DNA of 64,000 bases. It comes from an uncultured Spirochaetota bacterium. Lineage in GTDB: Bacteria > Spirochaetota > Brevinematia > Brevinematales > JAOACQ01. Below are positions 18,896-29,548 of the stretch, in pieces. The DNA lies in assembly GCA_963768055.1 (NCBI GenBank), contig CAVYGN010000001.1:352001-416000 (forward strand). The letters are read 5' to 3'. Position 1 is the stretch's first letter, and each line of letters starts with the position of its first letter. A program made the position numbers and the translations under genes. The notes under the pieces are model-generated. The model was not told where the DNA came from, made no database searches, and worked only from the letters and a program-made list of their open reading frames with translations.

Positions 18896-20533
18896 TTATT
18901 CCAGGCTAAGCCTCTCGTGTCCGTGGTACATCCTGTCCCGCAGTTTCCTGACTTCTTCATCCTCCAGGTATTCGTCGAAACGCATTTTCCTGTCTATCAC
19001 GCCGGAGGGGGTGAATTCTATGATCCTGTTTGCTATCGAGTCTATAAACTGGCGGTCATGAGAGGAAAAAAGCACCGCCTCCGGAAAATTGATCAGCCCG
19101 TTATTTAAAGCGGTGATGGATTCCAGGTCCAGGTGGTTCGTAGGTTCGTCAAGCACAAGAACGTTGGCGCCGGCCTGCATCATCCTTGACAGCATGCAGC
19201 GTACCCTTTCGCCTCCGGAGAGCACGCCGACCCTTTTCAACGATTCCTCTCCCGAAAAAAGCATCCTCCCCAAAAAACCCCTGACAGCGGTTTCATCCTT
19301 GTCCTTTGAATACTGCCTGAGCCATGCTATGAGATTGATATCGTCGTTGAAGTAGGGGCTGTTATCTTTGGGAAAATAGGCTTTAGTAATTGTCTCGCCC
19401 CATTTTACCAGTCCCGAGTCCGGCTTTTCCTCTTCCATTATTATCCGGAATAATATTGTTTTGGCAAGGTTGTTATGCCCGACAAAGGCGATCTTATCGC
19501 CCCGGTTTACCGAGAGGTTGAAATCCGAAAGGACCGGCGCGCCTTCGATCGCCTTATCGAGATTCTTGATATCGAGCACTCTTGCCCCGCATTCCCTGTC
19601 GGGCTTGAAAGCTATATAGGGAAAACGCCGCGAGGATTCCGGGATTTCTTCAAGCGTTAATTTTTCGAGGAGCTTTTTCCTCGAAGTTGCCTGTTTCGCC
19701 TTGGAGGCGTTCGCGCTGAACCTGTCGATGAAAGACTTCAGTTCCTTAGCCTGTTCCTCTTTTTTCCTGTTCTCGTCTTTCTTCTGCTTTAAAGCGAGCT
19801 GGCTCGCCTGGGCCCAGAAATCGTAATTGCCCGTATAGACCTGTATCTTGCCGAAATCGATATCGGCTATATGGGTGCAGACCCTGTTGATGAAATGCCT
19901 GTCATGCGACACGACTATAACTGTATTTTTAAAGTCGTAAAGAAAATTCTCAAGCCATGTAATGGATTCTATATCGAGGTGGTTGGTCGGCTCGTCTAGA
20001 AGGAGTATATCCGGGTTTCCGAATAAAGCCTGGGCGAGAAGCACGCGCACCTTGACCCCGCTTTCAAGCTCCTTCATTTTCAAATTATGGAATTCGTTCG
20101 ATATGCCCAGATTGGACAGCAGGCTCGCCGCGTCGGACTCAGCCTCGTAGCCGTTCATCCTGCCGAGCTGCTCTTCAAGATCGGCGGCCCTGTGGCCGTC
20201 CTCTTCTGAAAAGTCTTCCTTTGAATAAAGTTTCTTTCTTTCAATTAAGACATCATGCAGTTTCCGGTGGCCCATAATGACAGTATCGAGCACCTGAAAT
20301 TCGTCGAAAGCGAATTGGTCCTGGGACAACATGGCTATGCGTTCGTGCTTTCCATGGGTAACGGAGCCCTCGTTGGGTTCTGTCTCTCCGGACAGTACCT
20401 TGAGAAAAGTCGATTTTCCCGATCCGTTCGCACCGATCAGGCCGTAGCAGTTGCCGGGGGAGAATTTGATATTTACGTCCTTGAAAAGCAATTTCTTGCC
20501 GTACGACAGCATAAGGCCGCTTACTTCGATCAC
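18896..20533 (-). CDS. ABC-F family ATPase (YbiT-like)
   Basis: Two NBDs (GANGSGKST; LLLDEPTNHLD twice; LSGGE), no TM domains; GTG start. Confidence 0.92.
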   Translation of the reverse strand: MIEVSGLMLSYGKKLLFKDVNIKFSPGNCYGLIGANGSGKSTFLKVLSGETEPNEGSVTHGKHERIAMLSQDQFAFDEFQVLDTVIMGHRKLHDVLIERKKLYSKEDFSEEDGHRAADLEEQLGRMNGYEAESDAASLLSNLGISNEFHNLKMKELESGVKVRVLLAQALFGNPDILLLDEPTNHLDIESITWLENFLYDFKNTVIVVSHDRHFINRVCTHIADIDFGKIQVYTGNYDFWAQASQLALKQKKDENRKKEEQAKELKSFIDRFSANASKAKQATSRKKLLEKLTLEEIPESSRRFPYIAFKPDRECGARVLDIKNLDKAIEGAPVLSDFNLSVNRGDKIAFVGHNNLAKTILFRIIMEEEKPDSGLVKWGETITKAYFPKDNSPYFNDDINLIAWLRQYSKDKDETAVRGFLGRMLFSGEESLKRVGVLSGGERVRCMLSRMMQAGANVLVLDEPTNHLDLESITALNNGLINFPEAVLFSSHDRQFIDSIANRIIEFTPSGVIDRKMRFDEYLEDEEVRKLRDRMYHGHERLSLE

Positions 20534-20617
20534 TATTTACCTTCCTGATAAAATTATTAGGGAATTTTATAGCATATAAACGCATATTTAGCCAGAAAAC
20601 TGCGGGGAAGGTGAAAC

Positions 20618-20646
20618 TTGACAATCGGATAAATTATTATTAAGAT
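20618..20646 (+). promoter_or_regulatory. sigma70-like promoter
   Basis: TTGACA, N17, TAAGAT upstream of 20676. Confidence 0.45.
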
Positions 20647-20675
20647 AATATGAAATCATATTTAGGATTATCTTA

Positions 20676-21854
20676 ATGTGGATACCAAGATATCTTGAAA
20701 AAAAGATCGCTGAAGTGGTATTATCAAGGCCGGCAATGTTGCTGACGGGGATTCGCCAGGCCGGCAAAAGCGCCCTGTTGAAAAAAATGTATCCGGAAGC
20801 TTTATATGTTACTCTTGACAGGGTGATGACAGCCGCAAGCTCCGAAGAAAATCCCCATGCTTTTCTCGAACAATTCAAAGAAGAGGCCTGTGTAGTACTT
20901 GATGAAATACAATATGCCCCATCGCTTTTCAGGGAATTGAAAATAAGAATTGATGAAAACAGGGCCATATACGGAAAATGGCTGCTTACAGGCAGCCAGA
21001 AATTCTCCTTGATGAAAAACGCAAGCGAATCTCTTGCCGGCAGGATCAGCATACTGGAATTGGAAACTCTCAGTACTCATGAATTAAGACAAAGCGGATA
21101 TTTTCAGGAACTGGACGATATCCTCTGGAAGGGAGGATTTCCTGAAACATGGGCCGGCCGGAATATTGATACGGCCCTTTTTTTTGAGGATTATATTCAA
21201 ACTTATCTTGAAAAGGATCTCAGGGCCATCCTTCAGGTGACCAGTCTCAGAGATTTTCAGAGATTTATAAGGGCATGCGCCGCGAGGACAGGACAGCTTC
21301 TGAATCTAACCGATATTGCGAAGGACATAGGCGTAAGCTCAAACACTATAAAATCCTGGATAAACTCCCTTGAAACATCGGGGATTATTTTTCTTCTCCA
21401 GCCGTATTCTTCGAATATCGGTAAACGCCTTGTAAAAGCCCCGAAAATATTCTTTTCGGATCAGGGTTTATTGTGCAGCTTATTGAATATACACAGCCTC
21501 AATGATGTGAGAGGTCATATTTATGAAGGACGGATCTGGGAAAATTTTGTATTTACTGAAATTTTGAAGACAGCCGGTATACGTCCTTCGAAAAACCTTT
21601 TCTTTTACCGCGACCAGAACATGGTTGAGATAGATTTCCTTATTGAACTGGACAATAAAATTTTCCTGATCGAAGCGAAATCGGCGGAGATCGTCAGCGG
21701 TTCAAAACTCAATTTCAATAAGATTAAAAATCTCTTCAGGGATGTAAAAACCGAGTGTTTTTTGGCCTCAAGGATAGGAGAAAACGGCCTCCTCGAACTG
21801 AAGGATTACAGAATTTACAATCCTCTGAATTATTCCCCTGAATTCTGTTCTTAG
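20676..21854 (+). CDS. AAA+ ATP-binding protein (AAA_14 + DUF4143 architecture)
   Basis: GIRQAGKS, LDEIQ, LTGS, ESLAGR, GGFP, K.PK.FF.D.G and EIDF..E.K motifs. Confidence 0.9.
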   Translation: MWIPRYLEKKIAEVVLSRPAMLLTGIRQAGKSALLKKMYPEALYVTLDRVMTAASSEENPHAFLEQFKEEACVVLDEIQYAPSLFRELKIRIDENRAIYGKWLLTGSQKFSLMKNASESLAGRISILELETLSTHELRQSGYFQELDDILWKGGFPETWAGRNIDTALFFEDYIQTYLEKDLRAILQVTSLRDFQRFIRACAARTGQLLNLTDIAKDIGVSSNTIKSWINSLETSGIIFLLQPYSSNIGKRLVKAPKIFFSDQGLLCSLLNIHSLNDVRGHIYEGRIWENFVFTEILKTAGIRPSKNLFFYRDQNMVEIDFLIELDNKIFLIEAKSAEIVSGSKLNFNKIKNLFRDVKTECFLASRIGENGLLELKDYRIYNPLNYSPEFCS

Positions 21855-21932
21855 CCTTTCTTATTCTTGACAAAAAAGGATTTCATGGTAGAATTTTGTT
21901 ATGACAGTATTATCTATTTAAATTGGAGGGCT

Positions 21933-22542
21933 ATGATGAGGCGTATCGGGATCAGAGATTTTATTTCTATTGGTCGCCGGTATTGTCTGCCCGGGCTTCT
22001 CGGGTTGTTTTGACGGAGTCAGCTTTTACCACGCCGATTATGCGGCCAAAGGCGGCGATCGAGATCGGAAATGTTTACAATTCACGGGAAACCGACTTCG
22101 GGAAATCCGAACCGGCTCCGGTGGGCAATATCAGGAGCAGAGGGCAGCTTAGGCTTACCCGATCCAATATATCTGCAAAAAGGCAAGACCATAACCGGGG
22201 AAGTAAAGAAAACGATAGAACAAGTTCTTACTCAAAGCGGTTTTTCGGTTGTGGAAAACGGCTCGCCGTCTCTTGAAGTTTACTTCAACTGTTTCTGGTG
22301 CGACGGATTCATGGCCGCAAAGGTTGAAGGCACCGTTGAAATCCGGCTGATCGCTTCCGGCAAATCGACCGTCCTTTATAAAAAGGAGGTCGATGAGATT
22401 ACTAGACTTTCAACCTATCATTGGGATATTTATGAAGTAGATTATACTTTCAGCACTAATGAACGATATAGGAAAGGATATCGCGGAAGTTGTCAAATCC
22501 GAGGAATTCCAGGCCGCTTACAAAAAAGCCGGGAAAATTTAA
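21933..22542 (+). pseudogene. Multiply frameshifted lipoprotein gene (YajG-like)
   Basis: RBS GGAGG and an upstream promoter (TTGACA 21867); protein-like segments jump across three frames: ...FSGC lipobox / IEIGNVYNSRE..VGNIRS / GLPDPIYL...FWCDGF / ALMNDIGKDIAEVVKSEEFQAAYKK. Confidence 0.55.
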
Positions 22543-22562
22543 TTAAACGGAATTAATGCTAT

Positions 22563-22580
22563 CCCCTGGCGGGGTTCTTT
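22563..22580 (+). terminator. Possible intrinsic terminator
   Basis: CCCC-TGGC-GGGG followed by TTCTTT between convergent genes. Confidence 0.35.
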
Positions 22581-23140
22581 TACTGAAATAGCATCATTTT
22601 GTCGTCCTTTGTCGTGTTGACGATATCTTCGAATAAAATTGCTGCAAGATATGCGCCGTTATTATTTTGAGTCCAGCTAGTATAAGGGTTTCCTACTACA
22701 TGAAGCTCAGCCTGCCACATTTTTTCTTTAGAATTATTATTAATGATTTCAACATTATAATACGATTCTTTAATCAGGCCGCTCCCTTGAAAAATAATGC
22801 TGTCCCCTTCTTCGATTGTGATTACCGCCGTTGGATTCATATCCGAGATGATTTTTTCGGTATCCGGTTTATCGAATTTATATTTATTCATGACCACGCA
22901 TTTAATATTGATAGATTTGTTTGTAAATTCGTCCCGCATAGCCTCTTCAAAATCATCATAAAATGTAGTATCTTCCCCCGTTGAAAAAAGCGCATGGTTT
23001 TTTCTTAAATGAAAATTGCATAGCATTACCACCGATGAAATTTTTTCATTAGAGTAAACGGGGTTTGCTTTTGAGATCACATCCCGCCCGCAGGAACTTA
23101 TGATTATCAGGCAGGTTAAAACAATCAATATCCTGTACAT
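22580..23140 (-). CDS. Hypothetical lipoprotein, paralog 1 of 3
   Basis: RBS AGGAGG, start MYRILIV, lipobox ISSC; shares KANP.Y, FY.DFE...DEF, NKY.F.K.D..KIISD.NP and MWQA motifs with its neighbours. Confidence 0.8.
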   Translation of the reverse strand: MYRILIVLTCLIIISSCGRDVISKANPVYSNEKISSVVMLCNFHLRKNHALFSTGEDTTFYDDFEEAMRDEFTNKSINIKCVVMNKYKFDKPDTEKIISDMNPTAVITIEEGDSIIFQGSGLIKESYYNVEIINNNSKEKMWQAELHVVGNPYTSWTQNNNGAYLAAILFEDIVNTTKDDKMMLFQ

Positions 23141-23161
23141 ATATCCTCCTTTTGACCGCAT

Positions 23162-23740
23162 TTACTGGAACAGTATCATGCCGTCATTTCTTGTCGAATT
23201 GGAAATGGTTCTGAACAAAACCGATGAGAGCATTCCCCCGTAAAGTAAATACAACCCTCTTATTTCAATCTGAGCCTGCCACATCGGTTCTTTCGATTTA
23301 CTATCGATAATTTCAGTCTTAAAAAGTGAATATAAATTCCAGGGATCCCTCTTTTCGACGGTGCTCTCCTCTTCATCTATATTAATTATCACAGTGGGAT
23401 TCATATCGGAGATGATTTTATCGATATCCGGTTTTTTAAATACATATTTATTCATGACGACGCATTTGCTGTTTATATCTACCTTTGTAAATTCATCCTG
23501 GATGGTGTCTTCAAAATCATTGTAAAAATTGGTATATTCGGAAAATTTATTTATCAGCCGTTTATGAAAATTTCCTATTATGACAACAGATGAAATAGTT
23601 ACATTTGTGTATTCCGGATTCGCCTTTTTGATTTTACATATTCCAAAATATAACGGAAAGGTATTTGTATGTTGACACGTTCCTGTTTCGTAAAAACCGA
23701 TAATAATAAGGAAGGTTAAAACCAATAATCTTTTATACAT
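23162..23740 (-). CDS. Hypothetical secreted protein, paralog 2 of 3
   Basis: Same conserved blocks; canonical lipobox replaced by a longer N-terminal insert. Confidence 0.78.
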   Translation of the reverse strand: MYKRLLVLTFLIIIGFYETGTCQHTNTFPLYFGICKIKKANPEYTNVTISSVVIIGNFHKRLINKFSEYTNFYNDFEDTIQDEFTKVDINSKCVVMNKYVFKKPDIDKIISDMNPTVIINIDEEESTVEKRDPWNLYSLFKTEIIDSKSKEPMWQAQIEIRGLYLLYGGMLSSVLFRTISNSTRNDGMILFQ

Positions 23741-23852
23741 ATTTATACTCCTTATAGAGCAATATATACGTATTTTAAATATCGATTATTTTATCGTCAA
23801 AAAACTGTAATGCGCAGGCAAATTAATAATTGTCCTGCTTTATAATATATAT

Positions 23853-24392
23853 TTACTTGAATAGCATCATCCTGTCTTTTCTCGTCGAGTTGGTGATATT
23901 TTCGAACAAAACTAAAGCCAGCGTTTTGCCGTTATTAAGTTCATTATAAAATATTAATTCGGTCCCATACACGTCGAATTGAGCCTGCCACATTTTTTCT
24001 TTTGAATTACTATTTATGATTGCGATATCATAAAATGATTCTACGACTAAATCCCCTTTCATTATACGATCCCCTTCATCGATAATAATTATAGCCTTAG
24101 GATTCAAATCGGAGATGATTTTATCGAAATCCAGTTTTTCGAAAATATATTTGTTAGTTACTATGCATTTGTTGAAAATATTTATCTTTATGAATTCATC
24201 CTGTAGAGCGTTTTCAAAATCATTGTAAAAATTGGTATTTAAAATCCCGCGTTGTATACTGCATATAATAACCGCCGAATGGATTCTTTCATTGTTATAA
24301 ACCGGATTAGCCTTTGTGGTTATGCCTGTATGTCCCACTCCGCAGTAACTGAAAATGACGAGGCCTGTTAATATTAAAAATATTTTATGCAT
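23853..24392 (-). CDS. Hypothetical lipoprotein, paralog 3 of 3
   Basis: Same conserved blocks; lipobox-like FSYC. Confidence 0.8.
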   Translation of the reverse strand: MHKIFLILTGLVIFSYCGVGHTGITTKANPVYNNERIHSAVIICSIQRGILNTNFYNDFENALQDEFIKINIFNKCIVTNKYIFEKLDFDKIISDLNPKAIIIIDEGDRIMKGDLVVESFYDIAIINSNSKEKMWQAQFDVYGTELIFYNELNNGKTLALVLFENITNSTRKDRMMLFK

Positions 24393-24578
24393 TTATCCTC
24401 TTCTAAGGCTGCTTATGATCAGAATTATAATTATCTGTCAGTTAATTGTCAATGCGAATGTCATTATGTGTGCCATTATTATTCGGGGTTTTGAAACAGG
24501 CCCGGATTTTCGATCCGGCGTCCTTGACAATTGTATAACAAAAGATTATATATAAAGAAAATTCGAGGAGGGTGCCAT

Positions 24579-25274
24579 ATGGAAAGGCCGAAATTGCTTT
24601 CTACAAGCCTGCACGACGAGACCTTCGCCGGGGTTTCCTATCATCTTGACGGGGAGGTGGTTCCCGCGTTAACCGTAGAATTAACGGAAAGCCAATCGGT
24701 TTATTTTGAGCATCATATATTGTTCTGGAAACATCCGAGCATCACAATGAGCATTCGGGCTATGAAAGGCATGATGAAGCGTATGATGGCTGGAATCCAG
24801 ATATTCATTACCGAGGCGAAAGGCCCCGGCCAGATATCTTTCAGCCGGGACGGGCCCGGGCATATCGTCAGCATCCATCTTAAACAGGGCGAGGAACTGC
24901 AGGTGCGCGAGCATCAATTTCTCGCGGCGACGGGAAATATCGACTATACCTTTGAGAGGGTGAAAGGGATCACGAATATGCTCATGGGAGGCACGGGGTT
25001 CTTTATCGATAAGTTCAAAGGCGCAGGCGGGGACGGTATTTTATGGCTTCATGGCTACGGGAATGTTTTTGAAAAAGTCCTGGCGGCGGGGGAGCAGATC
25101 GATGTGGAACCGGGCGGCTGGCTGTATAAAGATCCAGGCGTCAAAATGGATACCAACATGCAGAGAATAGCCTCGGGTTTGATCGCAGGCGTGAATATGA
25201 TCACCAACCGCTTTACAGGCCCCGGGAGGCTGGGACTTCAGTCTATGTATGTACACATACCTACTACTGAATAA
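24579..25274 (+). CDS. AIM24 family protein
   Basis: RBS GAGGAGG; L.V.L...Q.V.FE, G.G.I.F....PG.I, FLAA, GG.GFF and F.GPG...LQS motifs. Confidence 0.85.
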   Translation: MERPKLLSTSLHDETFAGVSYHLDGEVVPALTVELTESQSVYFEHHILFWKHPSITMSIRAMKGMMKRMMAGIQIFITEAKGPGQISFSRDGPGHIVSIHLKQGEELQVREHQFLAATGNIDYTFERVKGITNMLMGGTGFFIDKFKGAGGDGILWLHGYGNVFEKVLAAGEQIDVEPGGWLYKDPGVKMDTNMQRIASGLIAGVNMITNRFTGPGRLGLQSMYVHIPTTE

Positions 25275-25280
25275 CCAAAA

Positions 25281-25706
25281 TCAATTTTTTACGGTAAAAT
25301 AATTCGGCTTGCAAACTGAACAGCCGATGATATGCAGGCGCAGTTTTTTTCCCTCTTCCCACATTTTCCCGAGTACGTAGCCTTTCCCGCCAAGTTCGTT
25401 TTTACAGACGGGGCATATTCTTTTTACGGCTTTTCCGGGCGGATAGCAGGAGGGGCAGCCGTATAAAAGGACAAGTTTTTCCCTGCCGAGGGAATAAGCG
25501 GCGGTTTTGACCCTGTCCCCTTCCTTTATCATGGAACCGCAGACAGGGCAGGGGGTTTTTTTAAGGTTGAGTTCGACTGTACCGGTTTTATATTTTTTCA
25601 GGGCGAATAAAACGTTGCTCCTGATTATAAAATAAGCCAGAGCAAACACAATGAGGGAGATTGAAATAGTAGCGGTTAATTCTAAAATATGCCTTTCCTT
25701 TTTCAA
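25281..25706 (-). CDS. Membrane-anchored Zn-finger hypothetical protein
   Basis: N-terminal TM; four CxxC pairs (CPVC, CPSC, CPVC, CSVC). Confidence 0.65.
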   Translation of the reverse strand: MKKERHILELTATISISLIVFALAYFIIRSNVLFALKKYKTGTVELNLKKTPCPVCGSMIKEGDRVKTAAYSLGREKLVLLYGCPSCYPPGKAVKRICPVCKNELGGKGYVLGKMWEEGKKLRLHIIGCSVCKPNYFTVKN

Positions 25707-25726
25707 ATAAAAAAAACCGATGGCTT

Positions 25727-26830
25727 CTAATCCCGGTTTGTCATCATATCCCTAACAAATCTTCCCGATACTGTTAAATCCCCGTCCGCCCATTGGCCGC
25801 CTGCTCCGGCCCCGTTTCTTAAAAAGGACGTGGTTTCATTGATGTCGGAAAGGGAATAATTACACCAGCTTATCTTCCTGCTGTTAAGGAACCTTACCCA
25901 TGTCCCGGAGCTTTCAAGATCCGACGGACCTGTCGGGTTGCTGCCTGTAGTCCCCCATTCCGTGCAAAATATGGGGATATCGGATAATTCCCTGTCTATC
26001 CTGTTGGTGAAGGATAACGGATGCGTGCCTGAATAAAAATGCAGAGTATACATAATATTGTTATATTTCAAGGGATCCTCAGCAGCCCGGTGAAGATCGA
26101 AACTCCAGAATTCAGTACCTACGATTATTAATGCTCCCGGATCGCCGGCTTTGATTACAGGTATTATATATTCAGCATAAGGTTTTATACTGGCTTCCCA
26201 TCCAGTATGATTTGGTTCATTGCAGATCTCGTAAATTACATGCTTTTTCGCCCCGTATAGAAATGCCATACGCTTGAAGAAATCATGGGCCTCCTGCCTG
26301 TGAAGGTTAGGGTCGCCGTCATACATAATATGCCAGTCGATAATGCAGTATATCCCGCATTTCTCGGTGATATCCACGGCTTTCCTTATAAAGTTTTCAA
26401 GATCAGGGTTTTTTAAATAGCCGGGTTCGAATACCTGTCCCCAATTCCCTCCCACGACCCAGAGAGGTACCCTAAGTACATCCATTTTCCATTTTTTTGA
26501 AAGATAAGAAACAGCTTCATAATTAATATATTTAGCTTCATAGTTAAGCCCCCTTATAAACAAACCCCTCAATTGCACCGGGTTTCCATGTTCGTTGCAA
26601 AGCTGCGTCCTTATAACCTTCAGCTTGCCGTATTTTGCGACAATCGAATCCTGCGGGTATATGCCGGGTATTCCTGAATTTGTAACAGGCAGACTTTCCG
26701 CCGCCTTAGTATTATTGGTTATCGCAGGATGATCAGGTTCGATGAAGAAAGACTCGACATCTATACACGATGTAAAAAAAACTGCTATTAAGGCAGCGAC
26801 AAAAACTCCTGCAAATGGCACAAATTTCAT
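25727..26830 (-). CDS. Glycoside hydrolase family 5 endoglucanase (lipoprotein)
   Basis: G.PVQLRG, IIDWH, acid/base YEICNEP, YTLHFY, nucleophile CTEWG; lipobox FFTSC. Confidence 0.9.
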   Translation of the reverse strand: MKFVPFAGVFVAALIAVFFTSCIDVESFFIEPDHPAITNNTKAAESLPVTNSGIPGIYPQDSIVAKYGKLKVIRTQLCNEHGNPVQLRGLFIRGLNYEAKYINYEAVSYLSKKWKMDVLRVPLWVVGGNWGQVFEPGYLKNPDLENFIRKAVDITEKCGIYCIIDWHIMYDGDPNLHRQEAHDFFKRMAFLYGAKKHVIYEICNEPNHTGWEASIKPYAEYIIPVIKAGDPGALIIVGTEFWSFDLHRAAEDPLKYNNIMYTLHFYSGTHPLSFTNRIDRELSDIPIFCTEWGTTGSNPTGPSDLESSGTWVRFLNSRKISWCNYSLSDINETTSFLRNGAGAGGQWADGDLTVSGRFVRDMMTNRD

Positions 26831-26923
26831 AAATTTTCCTTAAAATCCTGCTATTAAGTCACCTGTTTGCAATGAAACCGCGGATGATGTTGTAATTTAT
26901 ATTAATTGAATGCTTTAAAAAAC

Positions 26924-29277
26924 TCAAAATTCCACCCTGAATCCTGCAAGGGGTATTATCGGCCAGTCTTTCGTTTCCTGACGCTGCAATTTTCCGTTGG
27001 TAACCGTGTATGAGTACGACGAAATATTGTCCCAATCGAGCGCGTTTATAACTTCTATATAAACAAATCCGCTCGCATACTGGCCTAGCAGGCCTTTAAG
27101 CCAGCCGACATCGACAGGAATAGTCAATTTCAAATCGAGCCTGAAATACCAGGGCGTATAAGCGCCGTCGTAATCCCCGTTAAAAAAGTAATACCGGGTT
27201 CCTCCGCTGACGTTCATGGATGTGAAATTTGTTACAGGAGTATAAGGGATTCCGCTCATGGCGGACAGTTCGGCTGAAAATTCCCACTCCTGCATGAAGT
27301 CGAAAAACGAAGCCTTATCTGGGTTTTTATAGTATGTCATCGATACAAGTGCCGATATCGTATGGGACCTCAGGTAGCTCGGTGTAAACCACTGGTTAAG
27401 CGGCGCAGTGTATGGATTGTTGGGGTCTTCCATGGAGCGGTTTGTCACTTCCTCGAATCCGTTCACGTAAGTGTAGGAGATCCATCCGGAAAGCCAGTCG
27501 CCTTTTTTCGGCTTTTTTTGTAAATATATATCCCCGCCGTAAACCGTCCTTATCCCGTTATTGTTATAATTGAGGACGGAATCGGTTTCCTCAAGATCGT
27601 AATAGTACTTGTAAAAGCCTTCAACCCTGAACATATAGTCTGAATCCGAACACTCGGCTCCTGCGATGGCATGGTAGACCTTTTCGCTTTTCAGGTTCGG
27701 ATTGCCGCCGTTGCTGTTTAATGACCAGACAGTTGGAAATTGGTCGTATAGGCCTCCCCTTGCATAAAAGTCCAGTTCTTTAGTCGCCTCCCACTTGATC
27801 CCGGCTTGCGGAGTGAATTCATTTTCACTGTTAAGCGTGAAATATTCGTCCCTGGCCCCTAATTCAAGAATAAGGGAGGGGATGAACTCCCAGTTATCCA
27901 TCAGGTAAGCGCTGTAATATGCCGTCTGCTCAGGGCCGATAGTATAACTGCTGTTCTGGTAATTGGTCCATGTCCCCTGCGGCGTAAGCAGGTATTCGTT
28001 AAATTGTTCGGTGCTGTAATCGGGGTTATTGTAGATGATCATGCCGCCCAACTGCATTTTATTGCCCTTTATGGAATTCAGGTAATAATCCGAGCTAAGC
28101 TGATAATAGTACAGGTCGAAATTTTCACTCCAGGACATCGCCGGATTCTGGCTGAAATTGTCATAGCCGATTGTCGGCATGGTTCCGGCTATTATGTCGA
28201 AAGAGTCCCCGCTGTCGAAATTGTGGGTGTATTTCGCACTGCCGACAAGGTTAAGTATCTGATAATTAAAGTTCCCTACGAGGTTATTGAAATTTTCAGG
28301 CGCATTGGTGTCTCCGGAAAAAGAATAATTCACCCCCTCGAAAGAAGCATAAGCGTCGAAGGTAATGTTGTCTTCAGGGGATAAGTCCCAGCTTACTTTG
28401 AGGATACTGTCCCAGAGGTAGGGATACTGCGTATTGGAGCTCTGGCCGTTTGTATAAATGAGAGGTACATAAAGATCGTAAAAGGTCCTTCTCATGTCGA
28501 AGGCGACAGTCAGGTTCGACGCTCTAGGCCCTCCACAAGCATTTCGGCCGATATGGGAGAAAGGTCGATAAAGCCCTTCCACCTGTCCTTGCTGCCTTTA
28601 ACGGTATCCACCACTATTACGCCGGAAAGGCCCTGTCCGTACATAGCCGGATATCCGGCTGTATAAAGGTCTATGCTGTCAACAACATACGGGTTGAACA
28701 TGGAAACCGTGTCCGCGCCGCCCCATCTCGTCGGTCTCGTTATATATATTCCGTCCATGCTTGCAATAAATTCGCTGCTGTCCCCGCCCTGAATATACAT
28801 CCTGCTGTCCATAACGCTTCCGCTGGATGAAACTCCCGGCATAAGCTGGAGGGTTTTAAACGAGTCGTTTATCAGAGTCTGGGAATTTGCGTCCAGTTCC
28901 TCTTTCTTCACTGTCGTCTCCGTGTCCGTCTTCCCCTTGTTTTTTTTCGATTCTACGTCGATCTCGCCCAGGGAATATACGGCTTTCTTCAGCCGGATGC
29001 CCATATCCTGATCAGCGCCGCTTATCGTTATAGCGTTTGAATATTTTTCATATCCGGGAAGGATCGCGTAAATAGTGTATGTTCCGGCGGGTAAATTTTT
29101 AAACACGCAGACCCCCCTATCGTCTGTCAGCATGTTCAGTTTAAGTTCTCCTAAAGAAATGCTTGCGTCCTCGAGGGTCTCGATGCCGTCCGTGACTTTT
29201 ACGGTCAGGTTCGCGGAAAATATACAGGCGGCTGCCGCAAAGAACAGGGCAAGTGTAACCGTTAATACCTTCATCAA
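26924..29277 (-). pseudogene. TonB-dependent receptor, copy 1, split by a 1-bp frameshift
   Basis: Colinear with the intact paralog at 30092-32446; CCC at 28529-28531 where the paralog has CCCC (31700-31703); C-terminal GFRVEF. Confidence 0.85.
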
Positions 29278-29352
29278 AATAATCCTTAATGAAATTTTAC
29301 GGATTTAATTGCAATTATTGTGCCATATCATATGTTGATATCCGGCAGAGGA

Positions 29353-29412
29353 AGATTTCTCCCCGCTGTAGCGGGATAAACCCCCGGGATAAACACTTCG
29401 TTCGAAATGACA
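29353..29412. repeat. REP-like palindromic element (composite half-element)
   Basis: AGATTTCTC...CACTTCGTTCGAAATGACA frame interrupted by a CCCGC-TGTA-GCGGG hairpin and a duplicated CGGGATAAAC. Confidence 0.45.
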
Positions 29413-29548
29413 GCTATGGTAAAAATGGCTCATTGGATTACCTCAGATCATATATGATATATCAATTTTGGTAAGGCTAAAAAATTTGAATTACTATCAT
29501 GTAATTGTTATATTATTTCATTGGATCAATTGCGTCGAAGGAGGAAAA

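Noticed and set aside
29357..29394. CRISPR array (type I-E-like repeat)
   Set aside because: Only one imperfect unit plus a 10-bp partial copy; no spacers and no cas genes in the window.
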